Shown here piece by piece: positions 1 to 10,800 of a DNA stretch of 64,000 bases. The notes below the pieces were generated by a model. It was given only the letters and a program-made list of their open reading frames with translations. It was not told the origin of the DNA and searched no databases. Within the stretch, counting starts at the first letter, position 1. Every line of letters starts with the position of its first letter. The translations under genes were made by a program, and so were the position numbers. The DNA comes from Centroscyllium fabricii. Its lineage: Eukaryota. The stretch lies in NCBI GenBank assembly GCA_051313645.2, contig JBNRSN020000008.1:51956001-52020000 (forward strand), in the 5' to 3' direction.

Positions 1-71
1 AACATATTGGCGGCGTCTGGATCCTGTGGACTAACATCCAGCTTTTCGGGTTTCACAGCGCCGCTCTCCAT
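1..71 (-). CDS. gag: Gypsy Gag N-terminus (partial, runs off window)
   Basis: ATG at 71-69; manual translation matches the Gag at 15593. Confidence 0.88.
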   Translation of the reverse strand, partial: MESGAVKPEKLDVSPQDPDAANM

Positions 72-94
72 TTTAAATTTAAAGTGAATAAAAT

Positions 95-376
95 TGACGT
101 ATCGTCAATGAGGCAAAGACGAGTAGTTACCTGAACTAGAAGCTTTTATTCACTTTACAATGGAGCTACTCTCCAGTCGAACATTGAGTACAGAATGAAT
201 GGGGGCAGGTCAGACCCCACCTATAAGGTACTCACCTGAGGGGAGGAGCTAGAGGTGTGGCTGACCTGACCTCGCGACAGTGTCATTATACAAAACTATG
301 TACAATGCACCCAGCCACTATACATGCTGGTCTGTAGTGTGCTCAACTATTTACACTGGTAATCATGATTACCACG
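95..376 (-). repeat. 5' LTR (~282 bp) of the minus-strand Gypsy element
   Basis: Ends ...GATACGTCA at 95. Starts CGTGGTAATCAT at 376 versus TGTGGTAACCCAT in the sister LTR, so the outer boundary is inferred. Contains AATAAA on the element strand. Confidence 0.82.
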
Positions 377-1195
377 CTAATCCAATCTGATGCTTGCTTC
401 AGGGTTACCAATTCAATTCTTTGACCTCCCCTCGATCACAGCTTCTACTTGTCTGAAGCTCCTGTCTTCCAATTTACAGCATCCATACCTCCTTCCAGCG
501 CCAGCTTCTCCCAGGCCATTTTTAATTCCAGGTCTCAATGTAATGTAGTGTCCTTAACACTTGCCAGCAACAAAATGGATTCCCCAAAGACAAGACGGGT
601 TAGCCAATCTAAAACATTGAATGCATTTGAGGAAACTCCCCTCTGAACTCCCTCGATCTGCTGCCATCTTGCACACATGCACGCACACACACACGCAAGA
701 TAGCACTTGAATAGTCGTGAAGTTGGGTTGCATATTATTAGGTACAGTAATACAGGCACATTAGAAATACTGCAAACACTGCACTCTGGGGCTGAAATTT
801 GGTGAGATGCAAATACCCATAAATTAATTTGAAACTGTGTGTGCCATCTGCATTTGGCTGCAGGCTTATTTTAACAAAGTACTGCACTATTTTCACTGCT
901 TTTCCCAGTTAGGCTAATGCATGTCTGACACAATGGCAAGTTTAATGCCACTAGTCAGTAGTTACAGAGATATTTGTGTGACAGATACACTATTTCCCAT
1001 TCAAGTCACTGCAACACTGAGCACAAAGGCAGAAGCAGAGATAAGAAAGTTATCATACATAATATAGATCAGATACTAAACAACATCTCCTTAGTTTGCC
1101 AACTGACTGATAAAGTTACAATCAACTTCTTTCTAAATGACCATTTCTTTAGAGCAGCAATTTGCTGTGAAGATGTTTTTAAAAATACAATACTA

Positions 1196-1791
1196 CAGGT
1201 TCAGCACCGGTAATCCGGCACCCGATGGTCTGGCAGTTTCAGTGGTCCGGCACGATTGGAACCCGGCGCTCTTCATTTTGCGGAGCAGCCGCTCAGCAGC
1301 GCCACCGTTTCCCAGGAAAGGTGAGTGAGTGCCGAAGGCATCGGGCATTTGGGTTGCTGCTTTTTTCGGGGTTTTAAGTGTTCTATCCCTGGGCTCCCTC
1401 CCGGGGAGTGTTCTACCCGCGCGCTGCGGGCCACGGGGAGTGTTCAACCACGCGCTCCGGGCCCCGGGGAGTGTTCAACCACGCGCTCCGGGGCCCGGGG
1501 AGTGTTCAACCGCGCGCTCCGGGCCCCGGGGAGTGTTCAACCGCGCGCTCCGGGCCCCGGGGAGTGTTCAACCGCACGCTCCGGGCCCCGGGGAGTGTTC
1601 AACCACGCGCTCCGGGCCCCGGGAAGTGTTCTACCCGCGCGCTCCGGGCCCCGGGGAGTGTTCTACCCACGCGCTCTAGGCCCCGGGGAGTGTTCTATCT
1701 GCGCACTCCCCCCGAACCTTCAGTGGTTCGGAATTTTCAGTGGTCCAGCACCGGCCTGGTCCCAAGGGTGCCAGATTAACGGCTCAACCTG
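1196..1791. mobile_element. Non-autonomous Tc1/mariner-pogo (Tigger-like) MITE, copy 1
   Basis: TIRs CAGGTT(C/G)AGCACCGGTAATCCGGCACCC ... GGGTGCCAGATTAACGGCTCAACCTG, TA on both flanks (1194-1195, 1792-1793), no transposase. Homologous copies at 10257 and 14648. Confidence 0.85.
1401..1712. repeat. GC-rich 31-32 bp minisatellite (~10 units) inside the MITE
   Basis: Unit GGGGAGTGTTCAACC(A/G)CGCGCTCCGGGCCCC repeated head to tail with no unique spacers. Confidence 0.95.
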
Positions 1792-2371
1792 TATAGTTAA
1801 GTGGAAAAGTTGTACAAAGTTTTCCCTAGATATTATTTACACTTTAAATTATTACAATTGTTGGAATATTCACAATAAAGTCACTGAGAGCTACAGTCAG
1901 AAATTCATTTTCTTTTTACTGGGAGCGGGGGGGTATGTTCATTTATATTTTTGCTCATTCCTTTTTACTAGCCACATGTTGCTGTCAAATGAAGAAACTA
2001 AGCTGGCACTGTGCTGCCAGGCCTCTGCCACTGCCACAATGACCAGCTGCTGCTAGCTGAAGAGGTTCCTGGTGTGGCTTCTCCTCCAACTGTTGCAGAA
2101 GCAACTGACCTCTGCTCAGTATTTACAGCGCTTATATCCAAAGCATCCCTGTGCTGATAATGCTCAGAATGTCTTACTTAACTCCAAACATGAATTCAAA
2201 AGATATGTCATAGAGTCACAGGGTTTTAAAGCACAGAAAGAAGCCCTTCAGCCCATCACATCCACACTGGCCATCAAGCTCTGTCTATTCTAATCCCATT
2301 TTCCAGCACTTGGTCCGTAGCCTTGTATGCTATGGCATTTCAAAGGCTCATCTAAATGCTTCTTGAATGTT

Positions 2372-2705
2372 TGCAAGAAGTCACACAACACCAGATTATA
2401 GTCCAACAGTTTTATTTTAAATCACAAGCTTTCGGAGCGTTGCTCCTTCCTCAGGTGAAGTGTCGAGATTCATTTAAACATAGCATATATATAGAGAGAG
2501 AGAAAGTCAGCCTGAGATCAAAGGGTGCAGTCACAAAGGGTCAAATGTTACAGTCTGCTGTCTGTGAAAATCCCACAGAATGATTTTTAAAAACAAGGAT
2601 TTTTCTTACTGAAAATCGCAGAACAAGCCAAAGATGATTCGAGTCTGGATGACTCACAACAACACAAAATCGTCGAGCAGAGGCTGATAGCCAAGTTCCG
2701 CACCC
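2372..2705 (-). mobile_element. Penelope-like element terminal fragment (family A), with a rearranged inner part
   Basis: Aligns to 7248-7640. The last ~40 nt (GCAGAGGCTGATAGCCAAGTTCCGCACCC) are an inverted piece of the GIY-YIG ORF end seen at 7700-7730. Confidence 0.8.
2422..2458 (-). ncRNA. Minimal type I hammerhead ribozyme motif (Penelope family A)
   Basis: Minus strand: UCAC-CUGAGGA-A-GGAGC-AAC-GCUCC-GAAA-GC-UU-GUGA. Has the CUGANGA and GAAA cores, 5-bp stem II, palindromic stem III (AAGCUU) and 4-bp stem I. Confidence 0.75.
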
Positions 2706-2820
2706 GGGGAGTGTTCAACCACGCGCTCCAGGGCCCGGGGAGTGTTCAACCGCGCGCTCCGGGCCCCAGGGAGTGTTCTACCCACGCGCTGTGGGCCCCG
2801 GAGAGTGTTCTACCCACGCA
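2703..2820. repeat. Orphan copy (~4 units) of the MITE minisatellite
   Basis: Same 31-32 bp unit as 1401-1712 but without MITE TIRs. Confidence 0.9.
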
Positions 2821-2970
2821 GCATTCCGGTTTTCCTATCCCCAGCTACTTAGGCTCCAAAACTCCAGAATGCCCTCCTAAAACCTCTCCACCTCTCTACC
2901 CCTCTCTCCTCCTTTAAGACGCTCCTTAAAACCTACCTCTTTGATCAAGCCCTGTCCTAATATATCCTTA

Positions 2971-4091
2971 AATTCAATTCAATTCAATTCAAGTTTTATT
3001 GTCATTGCAGAGTACAAGTACAATACAACGAGACGAAGACTCGACTCTCCCGAGAGTAGTGTAGACAAAAGAAATAAATTACATAAATAAATTGCATACA
3101 GTAAAGTTCATTATCAGGCGTGCAGGTACCGGAGTTTCTTTTTAGAGTTCAGGAGGCTGACAGCCCTGGGGAAGAAGCTATTCTGAAATCTAGTCGTGCG
3201 GGTGCAAATTGCTCTGTAGCGTCTCCCGGAGGGCAGAGGGGCGAACAGACTGTGGCTGGGGTGTGTAGGGTCTTTTATAATGTTCATAGACCTCCGTAAG
3301 CAGCGTTTGAGGTAGATGCTTTCCACTGACGGTAGCTGTGTACCGGTAATTCGTTGGGCAGTTTTGACTACCCGCTGCAGGGTTTTCCGGTCCGAGATAG
3401 TGCAATTACCATACCAGACAGTGATGCAGCTTGTCAGTATGCTTTCTATTGTGCAGCGGTAGAAGTTGGAGAGGATGCCGGATGACAGCCTGGCTTTCTT
3501 CAGCTTCCTAAGGAAGTACAGGCGCTGTTGGGCCTTCTTAACCAGAGAGGAGGTGTTTAGTGACCAGGAGAGATCTTCCGAGATGTGGACCCCGAGGAAC
3601 TTGAAGCTGGACACCCTTTCCACCTCAGCCCCTTGGATGAAGATGGGTGTGTGTCTTCTGCTTCCAGTCCTCCGGAAGTCCACTATGATCTCCTTCGTTT
3701 TCTTGGTGTTCAGTGCCAGGTTGTTGTCGGCACACCAACCCACAAGGTGCTGGATCTCATCCCTGTAGGCTGACTCGTCGTTGTTGGTGATCTGGCCAAC
3801 CACCGTGGTGTCATCCGCGAACTTGATGATCGTGTTGGAGCCATGGACAGCCGCACAGTCGTGAGTGAAGAGGGAGTAGAGGAGGGGGCTGAGCACACAA
3901 CCTTGTGGGGCCCCCGTGTTCAGGGTAAGGGGGGGGGAGGTGAGGTTGCCTAACTTCACAGACTGTGGTCTGTTGGTTAGGAAGTCCAGGGTCCAGTTGC
4001 AGAGGGAGGTGTTCAGGCCGAGGGTGAGGAGTTTGGTAGACAATTTGCTGGGGACGATGGTGTTGAATTCTGAGCTGTAGTCAATAAACAT
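2971..4091 (-). mobile_element. Rex1/Babar-type LINE, 5'-truncated, with the C-terminal half of reverse transcriptase open
   Basis: ORF 3114-4274 contains [51 protein letters not shown] and [13 protein letters not shown]. The 3' end has AATAAA plus a (TTGAA)n tail. The ORF part upstream of ~4091 is unrelated flank. Confidence 0.88.
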
Positions 4092-5123
4092 AAATGGTGC
4101 AGTGTCAATTTTTTTTACTGATAACGCTCCTGTTGTTGTTGAGCACATGTTGGAGATAAAATATAGTAGAAGGTAATGGACAGTGAAACAGAAATATAAC
4201 ATGTGCACAGAGTGAAAAGGTCCTGTTTTGAGATAGGCTGGTGGAACTATGGGATTAGAACAGCCCAACTCCATCAGGGTACAAGTACCACCCCTTAAAG
4301 GGGCAACACCATTAACATTTCAGGGAGGGGTGGCCAATGCAAACTATGTCAAATGAAAAGTAATTAAAATATAAAAATCAATTCAAAGGGTAAAATCTGG
4401 GGTAATCAAAGAAAATGTCCACGTGGTGCTCACCAGTCACAAAAGGTATCCAGCACACTATGAATAGGTCCTATTTTAAGAAAGATCCGTGGATAATGTG
4501 GGATTGGAATAAGCCCACCTGTACCAGGCTTTAACAAGAGTTTCCCAACAGAGGGGAAAGTGACACCAGGGAGTAGTGGCCCACCAAAACAAGTTTTAAA
4601 CAAACTGAAAGTAATTTAAATATACTTTAAGTACTTTAAAGTCTTGGGCCATAGGGCAAAACGGGTGATAGCAAATCAGCAACCCGTTTTACACGTAGCC
4701 CGTTTTACACGCAGACCAATTTATTTTTTACATTGACTTCAATTTTGCGCTGTAGCCCGACCGATTTCACCCCCGAAATAACTAAAACACCCAAATCAAA
4801 TCAAAGTGGGCAGGTCAGTGCACCTTCACACACACATTCCATGTGGTGCCCGCTGGTTACAGAGCACAATGAATAGGTCCTATTTTAGGCAAATCAGAGG
4901 GCCTGTATGATTAAGCCCAATCCCACCAGGATATGTATACATTTTTTCTCCTTAAAGGGGCAATATTATTAACACTTCTGGAAGGGGTTGGTCCACCCAA
5001 ACAGGTTTTAAATAAATCAAATTAATAAAGAATAGGTCATATTTTAAGTAGGCCAATCTAATTGTGGGGCTAGACAAGCCTATTCCACTGGGATGCAAAT
5101 ATTCACTCTCTCCACCACTGGCG

Positions 5124-5452
5124 TACTGTGGCTACAGTGTGTACCATCTGCAAGATTCACTGCAGCAACTCGTCAAGGCTTCCTCAGCAGCACCTCCCAA
5201 ACCCGCGACCTCTACCACCTAGAAGGACAAGGGCAGCAGATGCTTGGGAACACCACCATCTCCAAATTCTCCTCCAAGTCACACACCATCCTGACTTGGA
5301 AGTATATCACCGATCCTTCATCGTCGCTGGGTCAAACTCCTGGAACTCCCTCCCTAACAGCACTGTGGGAGTACCTTCACCATACGGACTGCAGCAGTTC
5401 AAGAAGGTGGCTCACCACCACCTTCTCGAGGGCAACTAGAGATGGGTAATAA
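5124..5452 (+). mobile_element. CR1-group LINE 3' fragment; its tail resumes at ~6672-6730 after nested insertions
   Basis: Encodes ...CTICKIHCSNSSRL...WNSLPNSTVG...QQFKKVAHHHLLEGN, homologous to the minus-strand copy at 21181-21762. Confidence 0.72.
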
Positions 5453-6665
5453 CAACAGAAAATGCTGGAAAAACTCAGCAGTTCAGGCAACATCCGTGAA
5501 GAGAGAAACAAGAGTCAACGGGGGAGAATTTCATGTCCCCGTGAGGTGGGGTTTTCGGCGGCCCGTCCGGCAAATTAGCGGAATCGGCGGGTTGCGACCC
5601 CCCTGCCGTATCCCCGCTGCATTTTCATTTTCCCCCGCCCAGATTCTCCGCCCCAAAACCTTCCCGCCACCGGCTGGCGGGGATGGGTTGGCACCTCATT
5701 AAGGGCCCTTAATTGGCATGTTTAATGCCATTTTAAGGGCCCTCAGCCATTTTGACCTGTTTTCCGCCCTAACCCCGTCACCTTAAACCCCGCTGGGTTT
5801 TACCCAGCGGGAGCACAGCGCTGGTCATTACTTTATCCTTCAAGGTGTGAAGGACATGCTGCCAAATGCTTGGCATGCCTCCAGCTCCTTAGAGGCATAA
5901 GTAACTCTGTGCTGGCCGCAGCAGCTGTGAGCAAAAACTGAGAAATCTCAGCTCTGCATATTTGCTCACAGCCGGTGTGAGCTGTCAAGGATTCTGAGCC
6001 CACCCGCCCACCTGTCAGTCACCAGCACTTGACCTTTCCAATTGGTTCCACTCGACTGTGATGTCACAGTGAAGTGTTTCCATGGGCACTGTCAACAACC
6101 AGTGCTGGAACTATCAAACTCCTCGCAGCCCCGCTGGAGCCCGACTGAATTGAGTTAATTACCACCCACTGCCGCCGCCGGCGATTTAACAACCCAATTA
6201 AATTAAAATTGCATGGCCTTCCCAGCTGTTTGGGCAGGCGGGACAGGAAGCTGCCCAGACCAATCCCCGGCAGGTTCCTGCCCTTCCAGCAAAGTCCCCC
6301 CCAACGTTTCGGGTCGGGACCCTTTATCAAGACAGAAATGAAACAAATAATAAGGACAGTAAGGGGCTGGGAGAGATCAAAGGGCTGAGAAGAGACATTA
6401 AGAGTTATTCAAAATGAGACAAAATGGTAATGGGATGAGTGGAGACAGAAGGGCTCATTTTGAATAACCCTTAATATCACTTCTCATCGCTTTGTTCTCT
6501 CCCAGCCCCTTACTGTCCTCATGTTTCATTTCAGTCTCGATAAAGTGTCACGACCCAAAACGTTGACTCTTATTTCTCTCTTCACGGATGTTGCCTGAAC
6601 TGCTGAGTTTTTCCAGCATTTTCTATTGTTATTTTGGATTTCCAGCATCTGCAGTATTTTGCGAT
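5447..6665. mobile_element. Inverted (palindromic) Penelope-derived element (family B), left arm interrupted by a later insertion
   Basis: 5447-5520 plus 6303-6420 is the reverse complement of ~6453-6631. The arms are homologous to 8871-8975 and 41333-41440. Confidence 0.75.
5521..6306. mobile_element. Non-coding GC-rich interspersed repeat with GGGG..AATT-type termini (probable non-autonomous DNA transposon)
   Basis: High similarity over ~780 bp to the reverse complement of 57389-58199. Superfamily not determined. Confidence 0.75.
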
Positions 6666-7243
6666 CATTCTGGGGATGGGCAATAATTGGGCAGCGCTGC
6701 CAGCGATGCCCAGATCCCATGAACATTTTTTAAAAGTGTCTCCCCTTAAAGGGGCAATATCATAAAATTTCTGAGAGGGGTTGGCCCACCTAAACTGGTT
6801 TTAATCAAAGCAATTTTACAAAAAGTTACATGAATGCGCAATGAATTAGCAGTGGCAAACAAAGGTAAAGGATTTGTGTGTGACTATTGACCATTCACTG
6901 AAAGTATGCAGTCAATGTGAAGCTTTTAACTACTAAGCTAATCAAGTACTGGATGTATCTGGAAGGCATTTGATTTTAAATCAAAACAAATAAATTTAAC
7001 CCTTTATGACTCAGCACTAAACCAGATTTGGAATACTGAGGGAAGATTTCTGCCGTTGCTAGAGAAATCATAAGCACATACAAAAAAAAATCAGTTTACA
7101 ATTTTGCTATTGGTAGATTACTTGATGTCAAATATTTTGTCAATTGGTTCCTTTGAAATGGAGGTGAATAATTAGCCAGTTAAGAAGAGGACTTAAAGAT
7201 AGAAGAATAGGCATAGATTTATCAACAATAACTTGCATTTATA

Positions 7244-8164
7244 CAAATGCAAGAAGTCACACAACACCAGGTTATAGTCCAACAGTTTTATTTGAAATTA
7301 CAAGCTTTCGGAGTGTAGCTCCTTCCTCAGGTGTTTAAGAGAGATTCATTTAAACATAGCATATAAAGGAGGGAGAGAGCAGTGCAATCTTTCCAACATC
7401 ACACCTCAGCAGAGAGACATACAAAGCAAACAAAGGTGTTTTAACATATTTTAACATATCAATCAGGTACCAGCCTGAGATCAATGAGGTGTAGTCACAA
7501 AGGGTCAAATGTTGCAGTCTGGTGTCTGTGTGAAAACCCACAAAATGATTTAAAAAAAAGATTTTTCTTACTGGAGATCGCCACAGCATCGGTGTAGAGA
7601 GAACAAGACAAAGACGACTCGAGTCTGGATGACTCTATGTCAGGCGGAGCCACATGTAGCGTGACATGAAGCCAATATCACGGTAGAGGCCATGCTCATG
7701 GGTGCGGAACTTGGCTATCAGCCTCTGCTCGATGATTTTGCATTGTTGTGTGTCTCAAAGGCCGCCTTGGAGAATGCTTACCCGAAGATCGGAGGCTGAA
7801 TGTCCTTGACTGCTGAAGTGTTCCCCAACTGGGGGGGAACACTCCTGCCTGGCGATTGTTGTGTGGTGTCCGTTCATCAGTTGTCGTAGTGTCTGCATGG
7901 TCTCGCCAATGTAGCATCCTCCGGGGCATTCTTTCCTGCAACGTATGAGGTAGACAATGTTGGTCGAGTCACATGAGTATGTACCATGTACCTGGTGTGT
8001 GGTGTCCTCACGTGTGATGATGGTGTCCGTGCTGATGATTTGGCACGTCTTTTAGAGGTTGCCGTGGCAGGGTTGTGTGGTGTCGTGGTTGCTGTTCTCC
8101 TGAAAGCTGGGTAATTTCCTGCGAACGATGGTCTGTTTGAGGTTATACGGCTGTTTGAAGGCGA
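7244..8164 (-). mobile_element. Penelope-like retroelement 3' part with GIY-YIG endonuclease remnant and hammerhead-bearing terminus (family A)
   Basis: Minus strand translates HGTYSCDSTNIVYLIRCRKECPGGCYIGETMQTLRQLMNGH (VY...YIG motif). Hammerhead core at ~7300-7333. Flanked by the 10-bp direct repeat TGCATTTATA (7234-7243, 8165-8174). Confidence 0.88.
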
Positions 8165-9115
8165 TGCATTTATATAGCAACTTTAACATAATAAAATGTC
8201 CCAAGGAGCTTCACACGAGTGTTATTAAACAAAATTTGACACCGAGCCACAAAAGGTGATATTAGGGCAGATGACCAAACAGGTAGGTATTAAGGAGTGT
8301 CTTAAAGGAGGAAAGAGAGGTACAGAGGCGAAGATGTTTAGTGAGGGAATTTCAGAGTTTAGGGACTTGGCAGCTGAAGGCACAGCCACCAATGGTGGAG
8401 CTATTAACACCGGGGATGCAGACAAGGCCAGAATTGGAGGAGTACAGATATCTCGGAGGGTTGTAGGGCTGGAGGAGGTTACAAAGATAGGGAGGGGGCG
8501 AGGCCATGGAGAGATTTGAAAACAAAAATTAGAATTTTGAAATCGAAGCCTTGCTTAACTGGGGGCCAATGTAGGTCAGCGAGCACTGGGGTGATGGGTG
8601 AACGGGACCTGATGCAAGTTCGGATATGGGCAGTAGAATTTTGGATGACCTTAAGTTTATGTAGGGTGGAAGGTGGGAGGCTGGCCAAGCATTGGAATAG
8701 TCAAGTCTAGAGGTAACAAGGATGAGTGTTTCAGCAGCGGATGAGCTGAGGCAGGGGCGGAGTCGGGCATTGTTACAAAGGTGGAAATAGGCGGTCTTAT
8801 TAATGTCATGGATATGTGGTCGAAAGCTCATCTTGGTGTCAAATACGACACCAAGGTTGCGAACAGTCTGAAATAACAGCAGAAAACGCTGGAAAAACTC
8901 AGCAGGCCAGGCAACATCGGCGGAGAGAGAAACAGAGTTAACGTTTCAGGTCGATGACCTTTCTTCAGAACTGGAGAAACCAGGAGAGGGGATAGATTTG
9001 AAAGCTGGTAGGGGTTGGAGAAAGGTTGGGGGGGGGTGCTGAAAGAACAAAGGGAAGGTCAGCAACAGCATAGAAGGCATTGCGAACAGTCTGGTTCAGC
9101 CCCAGACAGTTGCCG
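8165..9115 (-). mobile_element. L2-clade LINE 3' fragment, interrupted at 8871-9079
   Basis: Degenerate RT C-terminal peptides (KTAYFHL..., VTSRLDYSNA, ITPVLADLHW) and a 3' tail ...CTATATAAATGCA. Homologous to 13575-14375 and 59392-61652. Confidence 0.82.
8871..9079 (-). mobile_element. 209-bp Penelope-derived insertion (family B) carrying a hammerhead motif at 8936-8972
   Basis: 14-bp direct repeat TTGCGAACAGTCTG at 8857-8870 and 9080-9093. Minus strand AGUU-CUGAAGA-A-AGGUC-AUC-GACCU-GAAA-CG-UU-AACU. Confidence 0.82.
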
Positions 9116-9619
9116 ATTTGATTTACCACGTTATAGAACCCAATGGCACCTAACTTGCCGGACTGGATATTTTACCTATGGAATATAGTTGGTACTATGA
9201 GTTTTACTTAATTACTTTCAGGGTTGGTGAGAAATGTCACAGTTTTGTCTTCTTAGATGATGCCTGTGGTAGGTTACCTCTCTCAGGATATTGACTGGGT
9301 TTGGGTAAATTGCACAATATGACAAATTGTACACAGTTTGAGAATAGACTTGTTTAGCCAAATTGCCTTTTTTTTGTTTGATTTTTCTTATATTCTTATG
9401 TGTGACAATGAACAAGTTTGGCCAGAGACAAATCTTTAGGATGTAAAATAATCCTGGCTTCTGTTTAATGTGCCCACTATTGGTAAATCAAACTACCTTC
9501 CCAGGCAATTTACCAGGTTAATTAATGCAGTGCGTTAACATTAATGGTATATTAATGTTGGAAGTAACAGGCACAAGGCATGCTAAGGGTCAACACTTTC
9601 TCTAAGTATTTGCAGACCA

Positions 9620-9895
9620 TTCAACTGTGATAGAGATCACAGCTAAATCTAATCCCATTCTCACCTGGCATCCAAGCACACACACATTCCAGCAAGGGTC
9701 ACATGATAGTGATCAGGAACCGGAACCCTGCTGATTAACCCGTCTCTAATCCAGAGACTGAGATCCACATTGCTGTCCCATGGCAAGTGAGACCTGTCAA
9801 CTCAGCATAGCACAGGGATCAAACCTCGGGCCTCCCTCATCTGCATGCCTCAATACCACATCACACAATCTGTTTACCCACTGGGCCAGCAGGGA
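9620..9895 (-). mobile_element. Old tRNA-derived SINE-like repeat (related pieces at ~14925-15060 and ~25590-25865)
   Basis: B-box-like GGTTTGATCCC on the minus strand and diverged similarity among the copies. Boundaries are approximate. Confidence 0.45.
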
Positions 9896-10256
9896 ACCTA
9901 AGTTGAAATGTTTTAAAGCAAATGTCTGATAAAAATTCTCTTACAAGGCACTTTATTGGATAAATGTAACTTTTGTCATGTATGTGCTACTCAGACTGAC
10001 TCACCCAGTGTCCAGTCGCATCAAATCAGTAATGTTTCCAACACTGAACAAGCTGCAATTTTATAAGACCTTTTTTTTGTACTTCTCTTCAATACTTTGT
10101 CAGTCTTATTTCAATTATTAAGCGCCTTGATTATCCACAAGCAGATGAAGAGTGCTGGGCTTGCAGTCTTTTAGCTTAGCAATGGCACCATCCTACTCCT
10201 GGTACAATCATTGATAGTCTAGTGATATTGTGGGTCCAATACCTGGTAACCTAATA

Positions 10257-10800
10257 CAGGTTGAGCACCGGTAATCCGGCACCCGATGGTCCAGTACCTT
10301 CAGTGGTTCGGCACGAATCGAAGCTGGCGGTCTTCAGTTTGCAGAGCAGCCGCTCAGCAGCGCCACCGTTTCCCGCGAAGGGTGGGCGAGCGCCGAAGGC
10401 GTCAGGCGTTTGGGTTTCTGCTTTTTAGCGTTCTACCCACGCGCTCCAGGCCCCGGGGAGTGTTCTACCTGCATGCTCCGGGCCCCGGGGAGTGTTTCTC
10501 AGCAATTGCAGCGGACTTGTGCAACCGTCAGTGGCTCGCAAATCCTCCCGCGGACAACCACAGGAAACGGCAGCTGCGGGATCTCACCAACAATGCAGCA
10601 ATTCTCGTTAAAAGTTTTTCTCGGCTCTTCACAGGTACAATCCTTGTTTCTTTTAGTGTTGAATAAAGACCGGCTCATTATACTCCAGCTAGTAAATACA
10701 CACTTTATGTCTATAATTGTAAAGCTTCAGTGGTTCGGGATTTTCAATGGTCCGGCACCGGCCTGGTCCCGAGGGTGCCGGATTACCGGTGCTCAACCTG
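10257..10800. mobile_element. Tigger-like MITE, copy 2 (longer internal sequence, 2-3 minisatellite units)
   Basis: Perfect TIRs CAGGTTGAGCACCGGTAATCCGGCACCC / GGGTGCCGGATTACCGGTGCTCAACCTG; TA on the left, CA on the right. Confidence 0.88.

Larger units (their letters stand above)
1..376 (-). mobile_element. 5' end of a Gypsy LTR retrotransposon (5' LTR, leader, gag start), sister family of the 15281-20123 element; continues beyond the left edge
   Basis: Minus strand 71->1 reads MESGAVKPEKLDVSPQDPDAANM, nearly identical to the Gag start at 15593 (MESGAVKPEKLDISPQDPAAATT). 95-376 aligns to the LTR at 15281-15567 (shared GTCAGCCACACCTCTA, CAGGTGAG, TTATAGGTG, TAGCTCC, GTAACTACTCGTC and the terminal ATTGACGATACGTCA). 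Confidence 0.92.

Noticed and set aside
1401-1712. CRISPR-like array of ~31-bp repeats
   Set aside because: Units are contiguous with no unique spacers, there are no cas genes, the context is eukaryotic, and the array lies within a MITE.
1325-2056. 243-aa and overlapping ORFs
   Set aside because: Open only because the GC-rich minisatellite lacks stop codons.
3114-4274. Host gene (e.g. ALKBH8 N-terminal-like / DUF1891 protein)
   Set aside because: RT motifs, microsatellite tail, 5' truncation and a second copy at 54 kb show it is a LINE.
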